This document shows positions 50,704 through 61,136 of a stretch of 64,000 nt of DNA, in pieces. The translations under genes were made by a program, and so were the position numbers. The stretch is taken from assembly GCA_963743635.1 (NCBI GenBank), contig CAVUQO010000003.1, forward strand, positions 448,001-512,000. The letters run 5' to 3'. Numbering within the stretch: position 1 is the stretch's first letter; each line of letters starts with the position of its first letter. Origin of the DNA: Candidatus Babeliales bacterium. Lineage in GTDB: Bacteria > Babelota > Babeliae > Babelales > Vermiphilaceae. Under the pieces are notes generated by a model. The model did no database searches, had not been told where the DNA came from, and saw only the letters and a program-made list of their open reading frames with translations.

Positions 50704-52284
50704 ATGAAGTCCGTAAAAAGAATAAAATTGCTTTGTCTCTTATTGCTTGCGAATCACGGTCACGTGATGTACGCAGACAATTTGGTATTCACGGTCACAG
50801 CGCTGTGTGATGATGAATGCGAAGAAAATCTGCATGATACCTCTGCTCGTAAGAGCGATAGCGCATTATGCAGATCACGCAAGTCTGATGAACAGGCTGA
50901 ACGTCGTTATATCAATACGGTCACCGTTAAGAGCGTTGAGGCTCCTACGCTTGATTCCAATGGGAATTTAACCGAAGAATCGGCCAAAATTCTTTTAGCG
51001 CAAGCGTATAACGAAGGAAAATTGCAAAATTCCGCTTTTAAGGATATCAATTCTTTAAAGGTCACCGATATCAAGAGCCGGGAACAAGGTAATTTTACCG
51101 AACAACTTTTCCTGGTGGAATCTACTTGCGGCAATCCCGCAGAAAAAACATTTATTTTTAAGGGCATCGGTGAAGCTGATGAAATTGAGATGCTGGTGAA
51201 AGGATCTCGTTATGAAGATTTTCAGCCGCTTGTCTATCCGAATGCACAAGATGGGTATCCTCAAATAGTTTTCCCGTTGGCCTACTTCTCATACAAAGAT
51301 CAGCACGGCCGAATTCGATCTCTTTCTTTAATGAATGTTGCATCAGGGAAGAAAGTGTTAGCGCTTATGGGACACTTTGGCAGCATTTCGAGCGCTCAAG
51401 AACGTGAGTCTATGCATGGCATGATCAGCGCTGCCTATTTTCAGTTTGGTTCTCAAATGGCAAGATTCTATAGAAGGTATGCGAGATTCTGGCCTGGCGC
51501 GATTCCTATGGGTATACGGCATGGCGATCTGCATATCGGTAATGTTTTTTACGATCACGATAGCAAGCAAATAACGCTTATTGATAATAACCGTATCGCA
51601 AAAACCATAGGGCAACCAGAGAATGTGTGGCGAGATTTTGTGCCGTTATTAATAAGAAGAGAGCCTCGCGTAAAAATTGATGACGCGGTGTATGGAGAGT
51701 GGCTTTCTTTGTCAGTGCCAGGCTTTATGATTGGTTTTTTGAGTGCGTATCCGGCATCTGAGCAGCTGAAGGTTTTTGACGAAATTGAAAAGGGTATCTC
51801 ATCGTATCAAAAATATGAAAATACAAAAATGCGCTATCAAGTGGGCGTTGTGCATCAAGCATTGTATGCACTGGGTAAGAATATCAAGTCATGCTTGTAT
51901 GAAGGCGATATGCTTAAAAGGGTCAAAAAGTGGATGATCAAAAGACCCTTGGTAGCCAATGATGTTGGGGTGAATGCAAAAGGTGAGCATGGCGCAACGG
52001 TATTGCATGAGGCAGTTGAAGCGCATGAACGATTGATCGTGTGGCCGCTCATTGCAGCAGGAGCAGATCTGAATATGCGGGACAACAATGGTCATACACC
52101 ATTGCATATCGCAGCACGATGTAATAATACTGACGCCATAAAAATATTAGTTGCTGCAGGCGCTGATATGAATGCGCGAACGCGCAATGGCCATACGCCG
52201 CATGATGTGGCGGTAAGTAGCAAGAGCAAGGATGCGATTGCTGCATTGCGCGCCTTTGGAGCAAAAAAGGGCGCCGGGCGGTGA
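50704..52284 (+). CDS. Secreted kinase-like (APH/protein kinase fold) plus ankyrin repeat protein
   Basis: Signal peptide; FIFK, RHGDLHIGN, LIDN; GHTPLHIAA ankyrin repeats. Confidence 0.8.
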   Translation: MKSVKRIKLLCLLLLANHGHVMYADNLVFTVTALCDDECEENLHDTSARKSDSALCRSRKSDEQAERRYINTVTVKSVEAPTLDSNGNLTEESAKILLAQAYNEGKLQNSAFKDINSLKVTDIKSREQGNFTEQLFLVESTCGNPAEKTFIFKGIGEADEIEMLVKGSRYEDFQPLVYPNAQDGYPQIVFPLAYFSYKDQHGRIRSLSLMNVASGKKVLALMGHFGSISSAQERESMHGMISAAYFQFGSQMARFYRRYARFWPGAIPMGIRHGDLHIGNVFYDHDSKQITLIDNNRIAKTIGQPENVWRDFVPLLIRREPRVKIDDAVYGEWLSLSVPGFMIGFLSAYPASEQLKVFDEIEKGISSYQKYENTKMRYQVGVVHQALYALGKNIKSCLYEGDMLKRVKKWMIKRPLVANDVGVNAKGEHGATVLHEAVEAHERLIVWPLIAAGADLNMRDNNGHTPLHIAARCNNTDAIKILVAAGADMNARTRNGHTPHDVAVSSKSKDAIAALRAFGAKKGAGR

Positions 52285-52364
52285 GCTGAGACTCATAAAC
52301 TCTTGTAATTTGAACTCCTAATACTTTATACTCCCCAATAGAACTTACTATCTTCGGGGGGAGT

Positions 52365-52829
52365 ATGGGAGTTACAATACGATCGCTTACGGACGGCGAT
52401 CTCGACGATTATGAACGATTATTCACGCCACTCGTCAGAGAGGCATTGCATGTTTCATCGCCTGCAATAGAGCGCATCTACATTAAAGAGCGCATTGCGC
52501 AGCATGAATCAGGCACTACCTTTTTATTTGGGGTCTTTTCAAATCATGAGCTGATTGGCGCGCTCGAAATACGATCGGCGAACACATCTCGCGGCCAACT
52601 CTACTGTTGGCTGAACGAACAATTCTGGGGCAACGGTTATTTCCAGGAAGCACTTCAGCTTGCCGCTTCTTTTTATTTCAATCATACGCAGGAACGCTAT
52701 ATCACTGCACACGTCGATTGCGAAAATCTGCGCAGCTATCGCGCGCTTAGGAAAGCTGGTTTTGTCGATGCAGGCTTTCAAAACGGGCCGCACGGCAAGC
52801 AATTCGAATTGATTTACCGAAAAAAATAG
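52365..52829 (+). CDS. GNAT acetyltransferase (RimJ/RimL-like)
   Basis: FWGNGY, N.RS...L.KAGF. Confidence 0.8.
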   Translation: MGVTIRSLTDGDLDDYERLFTPLVREALHVSSPAIERIYIKERIAQHESGTTFLFGVFSNHELIGALEIRSANTSRGQLYCWLNEQFWGNGYFQEALQLAASFYFNHTQERYITAHVDCENLRSYRALRKAGFVDAGFQNGPHGKQFELIYRKK

Positions 52830-52938
52830 TAATGTGAGTTTGCAATGCATTGAGTCATTGCATTTCGCAGTTGAGATTCGATAGATTGGTCTTCACCGTA
52901 ATAAAAATCTTATTTTGCTGTATGAAGGAAAGAACGAT

Positions 52939-53679
52939 ATGAAAATATTGAAAAAAATAACGCTGATAATGCTTGCATGTGCTCTCTGCAGTCAACCGAT
53001 ATTGGCGATGAGTGAAAAAATGCTGGAAAAATATAAAAAACAAGAACAGGAAAAAAGGGAAGCGGAAGCAAGGCGGGAAGCTGCAAAAAAAAGAGAAGAA
53101 GAGATAAGTAAAGAATGCGCAATCTGCTTGGAGGGGATGAAAGAATCTGATGATCTTGCAACTTTATCGTGCAAGCATACGTTTCATAAAGAATGCATTA
53201 AGGATTGGTTAAAGCGGCAAACAACGTGTCCGGTATGCAGAAACCCTATCTCTCAACAAGATCAAGACGTTATTAATGCAGTAAAAAAGATTGAAAAAGG
53301 TAAACAGCCTGCTCGAGCGGGTGAATCATCACGTATGGGTGAGCAACGAGGTCAACGGCAAGCGGCAGTTGAGGATATCGAAGCAAGGGATCAGTATGGT
53401 AGGACTGCATTGCAAAGAGCAGCGATAGCGGGTGATTTTGATTTAGTAAAGACGCTGATCGCGCGTGGTGCGAATGTTAATACGAGAGATAATCACCAAA
53501 ATACACCATTACATGATGCTGCATGGTACGGTCACAACTTTGTCATAATAGCACTTGCAAACGCCGGAGCCGACGTTAATGCCCGCAATAGACATGGTCT
53601 TACACCGCTCGGTAAGGCTCATGCTAATAATAAGACAAGAGAAGAGCGCATTTTGCGGGATATATATCACGCGCGATGA
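52939..53679 (+). CDS. Secreted RING-H2 plus ankyrin repeat protein, leader family C
   Basis: CAIC...CKHTFHKECI..W.....CPVCR; NTPLHDAA ankyrin repeats. Confidence 0.92.
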   Translation: MKILKKITLIMLACALCSQPILAMSEKMLEKYKKQEQEKREAEARREAAKKREEEISKECAICLEGMKESDDLATLSCKHTFHKECIKDWLKRQTTCPVCRNPISQQDQDVINAVKKIEKGKQPARAGESSRMGEQRGQRQAAVEDIEARDQYGRTALQRAAIAGDFDLVKTLIARGANVNTRDNHQNTPLHDAAWYGHNFVIIALANAGADVNARNRHGLTPLGKAHANNKTREERILRDIYHAR

Positions 53680-53787
53680 GAAATTTCTTGAGAACGGGAT
53701 ATTCGCGTAACAGGGCGTTTTGAAAGAGCGTAAGCTGATAAGTTTGAATAATGAAAAAATATGTAAATAGCCGATGAAGCGGAATGG

Positions 53788-54040
53788 GCCGGAGCATCAG
53801 CTAATATCTCGGTATATTATCGCACTCCTGATAACAAACTCATGAAATATCATTATGAGCACAAAGAACACGAAAAAGAAATAAAAGTACCAGAAGACGA
53901 TATAACTAATTCGTATGAAGCGGCTGCTATTGAAACAATGATTAATGGCGTGAAAGAAAGTATCTCAAAAGAAGAATTGCTTTAGCATATTCATCGCGAC
54001 TAATAAAAATACGTGTCCTGCCTATCCTGGTGGGGCACGT
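53788..54040 (+). repeat. About 250-bp direct repeat: orphan copy of the 3' end and terminator of the next gene (56266-56519)
   Basis: Near-identical DNA encoding ISVYYRTPDNKLMKYHYEHKEHEKEIK...ESISKEE; stop at 53983-53985. Confidence 0.9.
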
Positions 54041-54087
54041 TAAACATAATGAAAACCATAATATTTATGTATAAAGGAAGGAGCGAT

Positions 54088-56463
54088 ATGAAGATGTTCA
54101 AAAAAATAACGCTGATAATGTTTGCACTTGCTCTCTCTACTCAGCCGATGTTGGCGATGAGTGAGAAGGCGCTAGCAAAATGGAAAAAAGCAGAGCAAGA
54201 AAAGAGAGAAGTGGCGGCCGCAGCAGCGGCGAGAACAACTCCAATCGCAAGTAGCTCATCAGTCATCCCGGCAGCACCTCCTGCGCCCGCTCTAAAACCA
54301 TCGTCTCCTGCTGTAAAACAAAAAGTAAAAGTGGCAGTGCAGCCAAAACCAACGCAGTATACGGGTTATCGTAAACTCGCGATTTTATTGACTTCAGATG
54401 AAGAAAAATTGTCCAATGAAGCACTCAAAACGTTATCGGATCATGAGGATATTGATGATCCGTCGTTTCAGTCGGCATTCACCAATTTATTGGCAGATAT
54501 TCTTTGCCAAAAAGCAATTCCGGTCTTGGTTTGTGAACCCTGCATTTTGGAAAATATTTTCCTCTTACAATATGCAACGGCAAAATTCAGTGAAAAAAAT
54601 GACTATGATAGTGCAGATCTAAAACAGACATTGCGTGATGACGCTGAGATGAGAAAAGATGCACAGAATATGAAGAAGTCAAACCCTGGTCCGATCTCAG
54701 AAAAATCTCCCTTCTTTATTCGTTATAAAGAGCTGTATTCTCCAAGAGACAAAGATGAATCAGAAGATGGGGCAGAGTACATTTCGAGCATACCAATAGA
54801 TTTTCCACTTGATGTTATACCGAATGGGTGGGCTCTTTTTGAATATCATGATACGCATCCCAGTGAGAAAGCATACCTTTTAATTCCATCACCTCAAAAA
54901 TCCGATCCAATGCAATTGCTTATTGCGCATGGATTTAATCCTGCAGTATTTAGATATAAACCTTTTGCCGTTTTTATGAAAGAGTTGAAGGAAAAATCAG
55001 ATTATTCTGACTATGGCAAAAAAGGCAGCAAGAAAGAAGTAATGAGCTCTCAAGAAGTGAAAGCGGCATTGCATGCTTTCTCGCTGAGCGCGCTTACTAT
55101 TATTAATCAATCACTTACCGATGATGCCACTAAACCTTGGACATTATTAATTGGAGGCCATGGACAGATAAAAACTTCAGAGTTGAGTGATGCTAGTATC
55201 GCTGGGATGTCAGCGGATGTGCTGACTAAGGGATTATTGCCGCTGCTGGTAGATAAAAATAGTCGATTTTGTTATTTCTGGACGTGTGATATCGGGGGGG
55301 GTAATAGAGATCTTATTCGCGAAGTATTTGCCAACGTACATATAGCCAATGAGTTGTTGCCAGAGCTTAAAAGCATGCTGAAAAAAAAGACGCCTCAGTA
55401 TCCAAATAATCTCATTACGGTTGTTGGAGGCATCTCGGATATTACAGTATTGTCGATGACGCCAGTGCCTATACCAACCGATAGCATTGCATCTTTTAAT
55501 AAGGTATGGACGAGCATTGATAAGGATGATCCCATTGCCATGCATTTCTTACCATTAATTCCAAGCGTGCGCTATGATCTCTTTTTTAAGGGCCTTGAGC
55601 AGCATTTAAGGGCTGAGGATCAAAAAGGTAAATCTACCAAAGAATTAGTGACGCCATGGAAAGAGCTGCTTAAGTATGTAACGCCATACAATTTTGCAAA
55701 AGGAGAGTATTTCTATAGCAATATTCCGCAAATTCGTTTTCCAACGCACGATGCAGCATTTAATGCTCTTGAGGTGGATGGACGGATTCAGGTGTTGACG
55801 TACGTTGACGTAAAAGCGCGCGAGTTTGAGGCAAAGTTGAGAGGTCAAGCTGCTGCGAAACCAATCATCGTTGATAATAAAGATATGCTCATTGTGTATC
55901 CATTAAGCGTTAATGCGCCGGTTGAAATGATGCAAAAGGATCCTGCAATCGTTCCCGCTCGAGCAGAAACTATGGGCATGTTTTTCAAAAAGATCACGTG
56001 TCCGCCGAGCAAAAATTTGCAAAATACCATCCACACTCTCTTTACCTATGAAGCAATGGGCGGCAGAAAAATCGCACGTTCGTTTTTAGTGGAAGAACTT
56101 GGTCTCAGCAATAGGGTGTATAAAGACGTCTTGGTAACGAGCAAATCGGTAGAGCCAGAGGGTGTATGGAACGAAGAAACCAAGGAATATGACTATCCGG
56201 CCTCTGCATGGGTGTGGAATGAGCAAACGCAAGAGGAGGGGTCTGAATCCAGTGAACCGGAATTCGCCGGAGCATCAGTTGATATCTCAGTATATTATCG
56301 CACTCCTGATAACAAACTCATGAAATATCATTATGAGCACAAAGAACACGAAAAAGAAATAAAAGTACCAGAAGACGATATAACTAATTCGTATGAAGCG
56401 GCTGCTATTGAAGCAATGATTAATGGCGTGAAAGAAAGTATCTCAAAGGAAGAAGCGCTATAG
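54088..56463 (+). CDS. Large secreted protein, leader family C, with putative clan CD cysteine protease domain
   Basis: Family C leader; WTLLIGGHG...IAGMSADVL...FCYFWTC. Confidence 0.8.
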   Translation: MKMFKKITLIMFALALSTQPMLAMSEKALAKWKKAEQEKREVAAAAAARTTPIASSSSVIPAAPPAPALKPSSPAVKQKVKVAVQPKPTQYTGYRKLAILLTSDEEKLSNEALKTLSDHEDIDDPSFQSAFTNLLADILCQKAIPVLVCEPCILENIFLLQYATAKFSEKNDYDSADLKQTLRDDAEMRKDAQNMKKSNPGPISEKSPFFIRYKELYSPRDKDESEDGAEYISSIPIDFPLDVIPNGWALFEYHDTHPSEKAYLLIPSPQKSDPMQLLIAHGFNPAVFRYKPFAVFMKELKEKSDYSDYGKKGSKKEVMSSQEVKAALHAFSLSALTIINQSLTDDATKPWTLLIGGHGQIKTSELSDASIAGMSADVLTKGLLPLLVDKNSRFCYFWTCDIGGGNRDLIREVFANVHIANELLPELKSMLKKKTPQYPNNLITVVGGISDITVLSMTPVPIPTDSIASFNKVWTSIDKDDPIAMHFLPLIPSVRYDLFFKGLEQHLRAEDQKGKSTKELVTPWKELLKYVTPYNFAKGEYFYSNIPQIRFPTHDAAFNALEVDGRIQVLTYVDVKAREFEAKLRGQAAAKPIIVDNKDMLIVYPLSVNAPVEMMQKDPAIVPARAETMGMFFKKITCPPSKNLQNTIHTLFTYEAMGGRKIARSFLVEELGLSNRVYKDVLVTSKSVEPEGVWNEETKEYDYPASAWVWNEQTQEEGSESSEPEFAGASVDISVYYRTPDNKLMKYHYEHKEHEKEIKVPEDDITNSYEAAAIEAMINGVKESISKEEAL

Positions 56464-56620
56464 CGTATTCATCGCAATCAATAAAAATACGTGCCCTGCC
56501 TATCCTGGTGGGGCACATTTACTATCATGAACAGTCATTCATTACGGGAAGTATTGCGATGCATCGTGAACTATTGGTATGGTATTTCGAAAAGCATGAA
56601 CTATAAAACAAGGAAAAGAT

Positions 56621-59600
56621 ATGAAATTATTAAAGCAAATCGTTTTGATACTCGCCGTTGTATATAATCAATCAATAGGTGCAATGGAAGAAGCTATTCC
56701 TAAAGTGCCAATGCCACCTGCCCTAAAACCAACGTTGCCCGTGCGTATCCCACGAAAGAAAAAGTCCCAACCGCCGCATCTCAATCAATGCCTAAGACGT
56801 ATCGTAGATTGACGGCATTGATTACGCATAATGAAGAAAAATTTCCTACATCAGAACTTTCGGGCATATTTGAAGGCAAAAGTATTACGATTAATTCAGC
56901 ATTGACCAGCGATATGGCAGACCTTTTGAGCCAAAAAGCAGCGCCCATTTTGGTGTGTGGTTCATATCTTTTTGAAAACATCTTATTGTTAAAAGTTGCA
57001 ACCGAAGCATATATTAAAAAAGATGCAGCATGGGCAAAGGGTGCTGTAGCAATTAAGCAAATGAAAGAAAAGATACAAAAAACATATGCAACGCTCTATA
57101 AAAATAAGCCGATCCAAAAAGAGGATCCCTTCTTTACTGAGTATCAAGAACTTCTCAGTCTTGCTCCCGAGAAATATTCTACAGAATCGTTTAATGAGTT
57201 ATTTGTGTGGGAAATACCAGCATTATATCCCCTTGATGACATTTCGAAGGATTGGTTATTATTTGAGTATCATAGTGGACAGCAACCCGGTCCTGCATAT
57301 CTTTTAATACCCTATGAAAATGCGGATGCAAGAAAACCGATGGGAGATGCATTGCGCGGTATATTGATTGAGCATGGCTTTAATCCAGGAGTATTGCGTG
57401 CAGTATCGATCAAAGATCTCGAAACTGAATTGATCAATAATAAGGGCTATTCGTTTTATACCAACAGTATGTCTAATCAAGATTTTGCGCAGTTTTCATC
57501 CGGTGTTTCTACCGTATTTAATCAGATAATGACTGATGATCCGAATCAACCATGGATACTCTGGATGTCTGGACACGGAATAGTTACTCAAAATGTTCGG
57601 GAAAATAGAGTAGCTGGGATGTATTTAAGCGATTTTACGCAAGATCTACTACCGCTCTTAGTAGATAAAAATAGTCGTTTTTGTTATGTAAGCTCGTGTC
57701 AAATAGGGCTCACCAACAGAGACATGATTCGTACTTATTTTTCAGGTATTCGTGTGGCAGGCGGTTTAGGACCAAAATTTAAAGGTAAACCAGTTAAATA
57801 TCCGAATAATCTTATTCTTGTTCTGGGAGGTATATCAGATGTTTTGACAAGAAGCATGCAACTTACTCCAATACCGGCGACGAGCATTGAGAAATTTAAT
57901 AAGGTATGGGCAGGCATTGATAAGAATGATCCCGTTTCGCTCCATTTTTTGCCATTTGTGCCAGCAGTCCGTTATGATAAATTTTTTGGTGCTCTTGCAA
58001 AGCAGTTAAGCGCAGAGGAATTACCGGCATCATCAAAAACGATGCTGTCTCCATGGAAGGATGTCTTGAGGTATACAACCCCGTATGATGTTAATAAGGG
58101 TACGTATATCTATAATAATATTCCTCAAATTCGTTTCCCGACATACGATGCAGCATTTAATGTTATTGACGTTGATCAACATATTCAGACTTTACGGTAT
58201 GTTGAGGTAAAAGCACGCGAGCTTGAGGCACAATTATCGGGTAAGCCGCTTGAGAATTATCCAATAAAAATCGATAACAAAGATATGGTGTTGATCTATC
58301 CATTAAGCATTAACGTGCCGCTTGATATCACTGGAAAATGTCCTGCAATGGTCTCTGCACGTGCAGGATCATTCAAAATGTTTTTCAAAAAAATTGTATG
58401 CGATGTTGAGGGCGATTTGCCGAATGTATTAGATACACTCTTTGCATACGAATTAAAAAGTGACTTTCCTCTAGAAGCATTGCCAGAAGAAACATTGGTT
58501 CGTGAGGTGTTAGTTGAGGAGTTACTACTCAATGGTATTTCTTTTTATAACATTCGTATGCTTGGCAGTGCCGATACCATAACGGTTTATTACCACGATC
58601 AAGATAATAAGCTTATGGGATATAATTATGAAACGCAGTGGGAGCAAATGAAGCTTAGTTGGGCCTCTCTCTTTCGAAGGGGAGCAAATGAGCTTCGAAC
58701 AAACTCTTTGCCAATAACTGACCCCCTTGCTATCGAACAGCGATTTAATGAAAGCAAGGAAAGTATCTTAAAAGAAGAGGGACTGCCAGCAGGGGTATCA
58801 CGAGAAACGGCGACCAAGCAAGAGCAGTTTTCTTTTGATGTGTTAAAAAAACGCATAGCTGATTTGCACTCGGCCTTCGAGCAAAAGCAGGCTTCGCTCA
58901 TTAAAGAATCTGCGCAAACGATTGCCTATATGTTGGCATCCGATGCTTCATTGCAGTTGTTACAAGAAAATAATGCAGAAATGATTGCGTTACTTAAGAG
59001 CATCGATCCGAGTATGAAGCTTGTTATTTATGCGCAAATGCCAGGAGTAGCATGGGAAGAGCGATTTGAATTCTCTTCTCAAGAAAATCAACTGTTATCA
59101 CTCGCCTACTTCCCTGATGGAAATCGGCTGCTGATTAGTGGGTCTAAAGGCGCGAAAATATGGGATGCGTCTAATGGAACAATGATACAACAAATAACAG
59201 CTGGCAAAGTCAGAGCAACACTTTCATTCGATGGAACTAAGATAGTTGCCCCATATGGTTTTTTCACCGCGCAAATATGGGACGAGTCCGGCAAGGAGCT
59301 CTATAAAATTCAGCATGAGATCGAGAGCCATTATTTTGACATTGAAAAGGCGGTATTTTCATCTGATGGAATGAAGATAGCAGCTGCTTGTAGCGATGGT
59401 ATTGCAAGAATATGGACGTTGAATAATGGAGTACCACAGTTTGATCGTGCCTTGAAACAGGGAGAATTAGGTGATTCAGCGCGTGCAATAGCATTTTCGC
59501 CGAACGCAGATCGTGTGGTAGTTGGAAATGATGTAAGCCATGTAAGAATATGGAATGCACTCAATGGGCAGTTGGAGCATGACCTTAAGGCTCATCTCGG

Positions 59601-60096
59601 TGTCGTTTATTCAGTAGCATTTTCACGCGATGGAAGAAAGATAGTGACGGCGTCTTCGGATAATACGGCGAAGATATGGGATGCAGATACTGGCACATTA
59701 TTGCATACGCTGACGCATCCAAATCAAGTTTATTCAGCAGAATTTTCAGCAGATGGCACGCAAGTGTTGACGGCGTGTAGGGATGGTAATGCAAGAATAT
59801 GGAATTCAATAAGCGGTATCATTGTCTTCACATTGGATTGCGGAGATTCTGACAGAGCAGCAGCGTTTTCACGCAGTGGTCATGAGATAGCGACGGGTAC
59901 CGGTGATGGAAACGTGAAAATATGGACGTTAGGCGTTGCATTTAATTTTGATCAAGCATTGTTAGCGCAACTCTTAGCATGGGCAGCGCAGCATGATAAA
60001 AAAATAAGCATTAGGCTAAATACATGGGCTGGGGATGCTTGGAACATGGCCCATAAAGAATTGCGTGAAAAGTATCAGAGCGCGGTGCAGAAATAA
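56621..60096 (+). CDS. Large secreted protein: putative clan CD protease domain plus WD40 repeats (frameshift near 56745 separates the signal peptide)
   Basis: SIGA-ME leader and PALKP linker as in the paralogue; WILWMSGHG...FCYVSSC; VYSVAFSRDGRKIVTASSDNTAKIWD. Confidence 0.85.
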
Positions 60097-60124
60097 TATG
60101 TTATTCGATTGCAAGGAGATAACG

Positions 60125-61099
60125 ATGAATATGTTGAAAAAAATAACGTTGATAATGTTTGCATGTGCGCTGTACAGTCAATCGATGTTGGCGATGAGTG
60201 AGAAAGCGCTGGAAAAATGGAAAAAAGTAGAGCAAGCAAAGAGAGAAGCGGCAGCCACAGCTCGTAAGCAAACCGTATTATCATTTGATATTGATGACGT
60301 TATCAGTGGAAAAGCAAAAATAGGAATTAGTGATTATCTTACGTTGGTGCTGCGCATGATGCTTTGGAATCCGATGGTGGTCACCGCACTCTTTCCTGCT
60401 AACCAAGCGGCAATGAGTCAGTATGTTACTGAAATACAAAAAACGGTGAATGGTGGTTCAAACGTCGTGCACGAAATCATAGGATATTTAAAAAATAACG
60501 GCTATGGCGATCTTTCTTGTTACGAGCCTGAGATTATTGAACGTTCGCAAAAGCCATATCCCGTAACGCGTATGATTGATGATATTAAAAAGCTCAAAGC
60601 AGCAGGTTACAGCGTTATAGGTGCGACCAATCAGGATTATATGCAGCATCAGGCATATCGGCGGTATATGAAAGACGTCCATGGTATCGATCTCAATACA
60701 CTCTTTGATGCTGTGTTGACGACGTGCGTGTATCATGCTGCGCAACCGGCTGGTGATGATTTATGCTACCGACTCAATGCAACAGACAATATCTATGTAG
60801 CGCGCAATCGTGAAGCTTATAAACCGCATTCCAGTTATTTTACCGTCGTTCAAGAATTGGCCAAAAAAGTTGAGCCAACAAGTACGCGCGTTATACATAC
60901 TGACGATAGAAAAGAGAATATTGACGCGGCGGAACAAGCGGGCATAGAAGGCATTCATTTTAATCTGCCAGGAGAAAGTGTCCGCAAAACAACTCCTGCT
61001 GATCTGGATAATAGTATCAATGCCTGGGAAGCTGAGCTAAAGGGTTTGGGCATTCAGGGGTTAGCCGTCCAACAAAATTCCCAAGCGGCATACGTTTAA
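60125..61099 (+). CDS. Secreted HAD-superfamily phosphatase, leader family C
   Basis: FDIDD (motif I), ATN, KP, TDDRKENIDAA..AGI.GIHF. Confidence 0.85.
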   Translation: MNMLKKITLIMFACALYSQSMLAMSEKALEKWKKVEQAKREAAATARKQTVLSFDIDDVISGKAKIGISDYLTLVLRMMLWNPMVVTALFPANQAAMSQYVTEIQKTVNGGSNVVHEIIGYLKNNGYGDLSCYEPEIIERSQKPYPVTRMIDDIKKLKAAGYSVIGATNQDYMQHQAYRRYMKDVHGIDLNTLFDAVLTTCVYHAAQPAGDDLCYRLNATDNIYVARNREAYKPHSSYFTVVQELAKKVEPTSTRVIHTDDRKENIDAAEQAGIEGIHFNLPGESVRKTTPADLDNSINAWEAELKGLGIQGLAVQQNSQAAYV

Positions 61100-61136
61100 G
61101 CGGATCAGTACATCATTATCTAAAATGGCTCATCGT

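Noticed and set aside
53788..56519. Diversity-generating retroelement TR/VR pair
   Set aside because: The repeat includes the terminator, differences are not restricted to adenines, and no reverse transcriptase is in the window
56621..56812. Independent 63-aa gene
   Set aside because: It supplies the signal peptide and PALKP linker missing from 56788-60096; a single frameshift joins them (error versus real not resolved)
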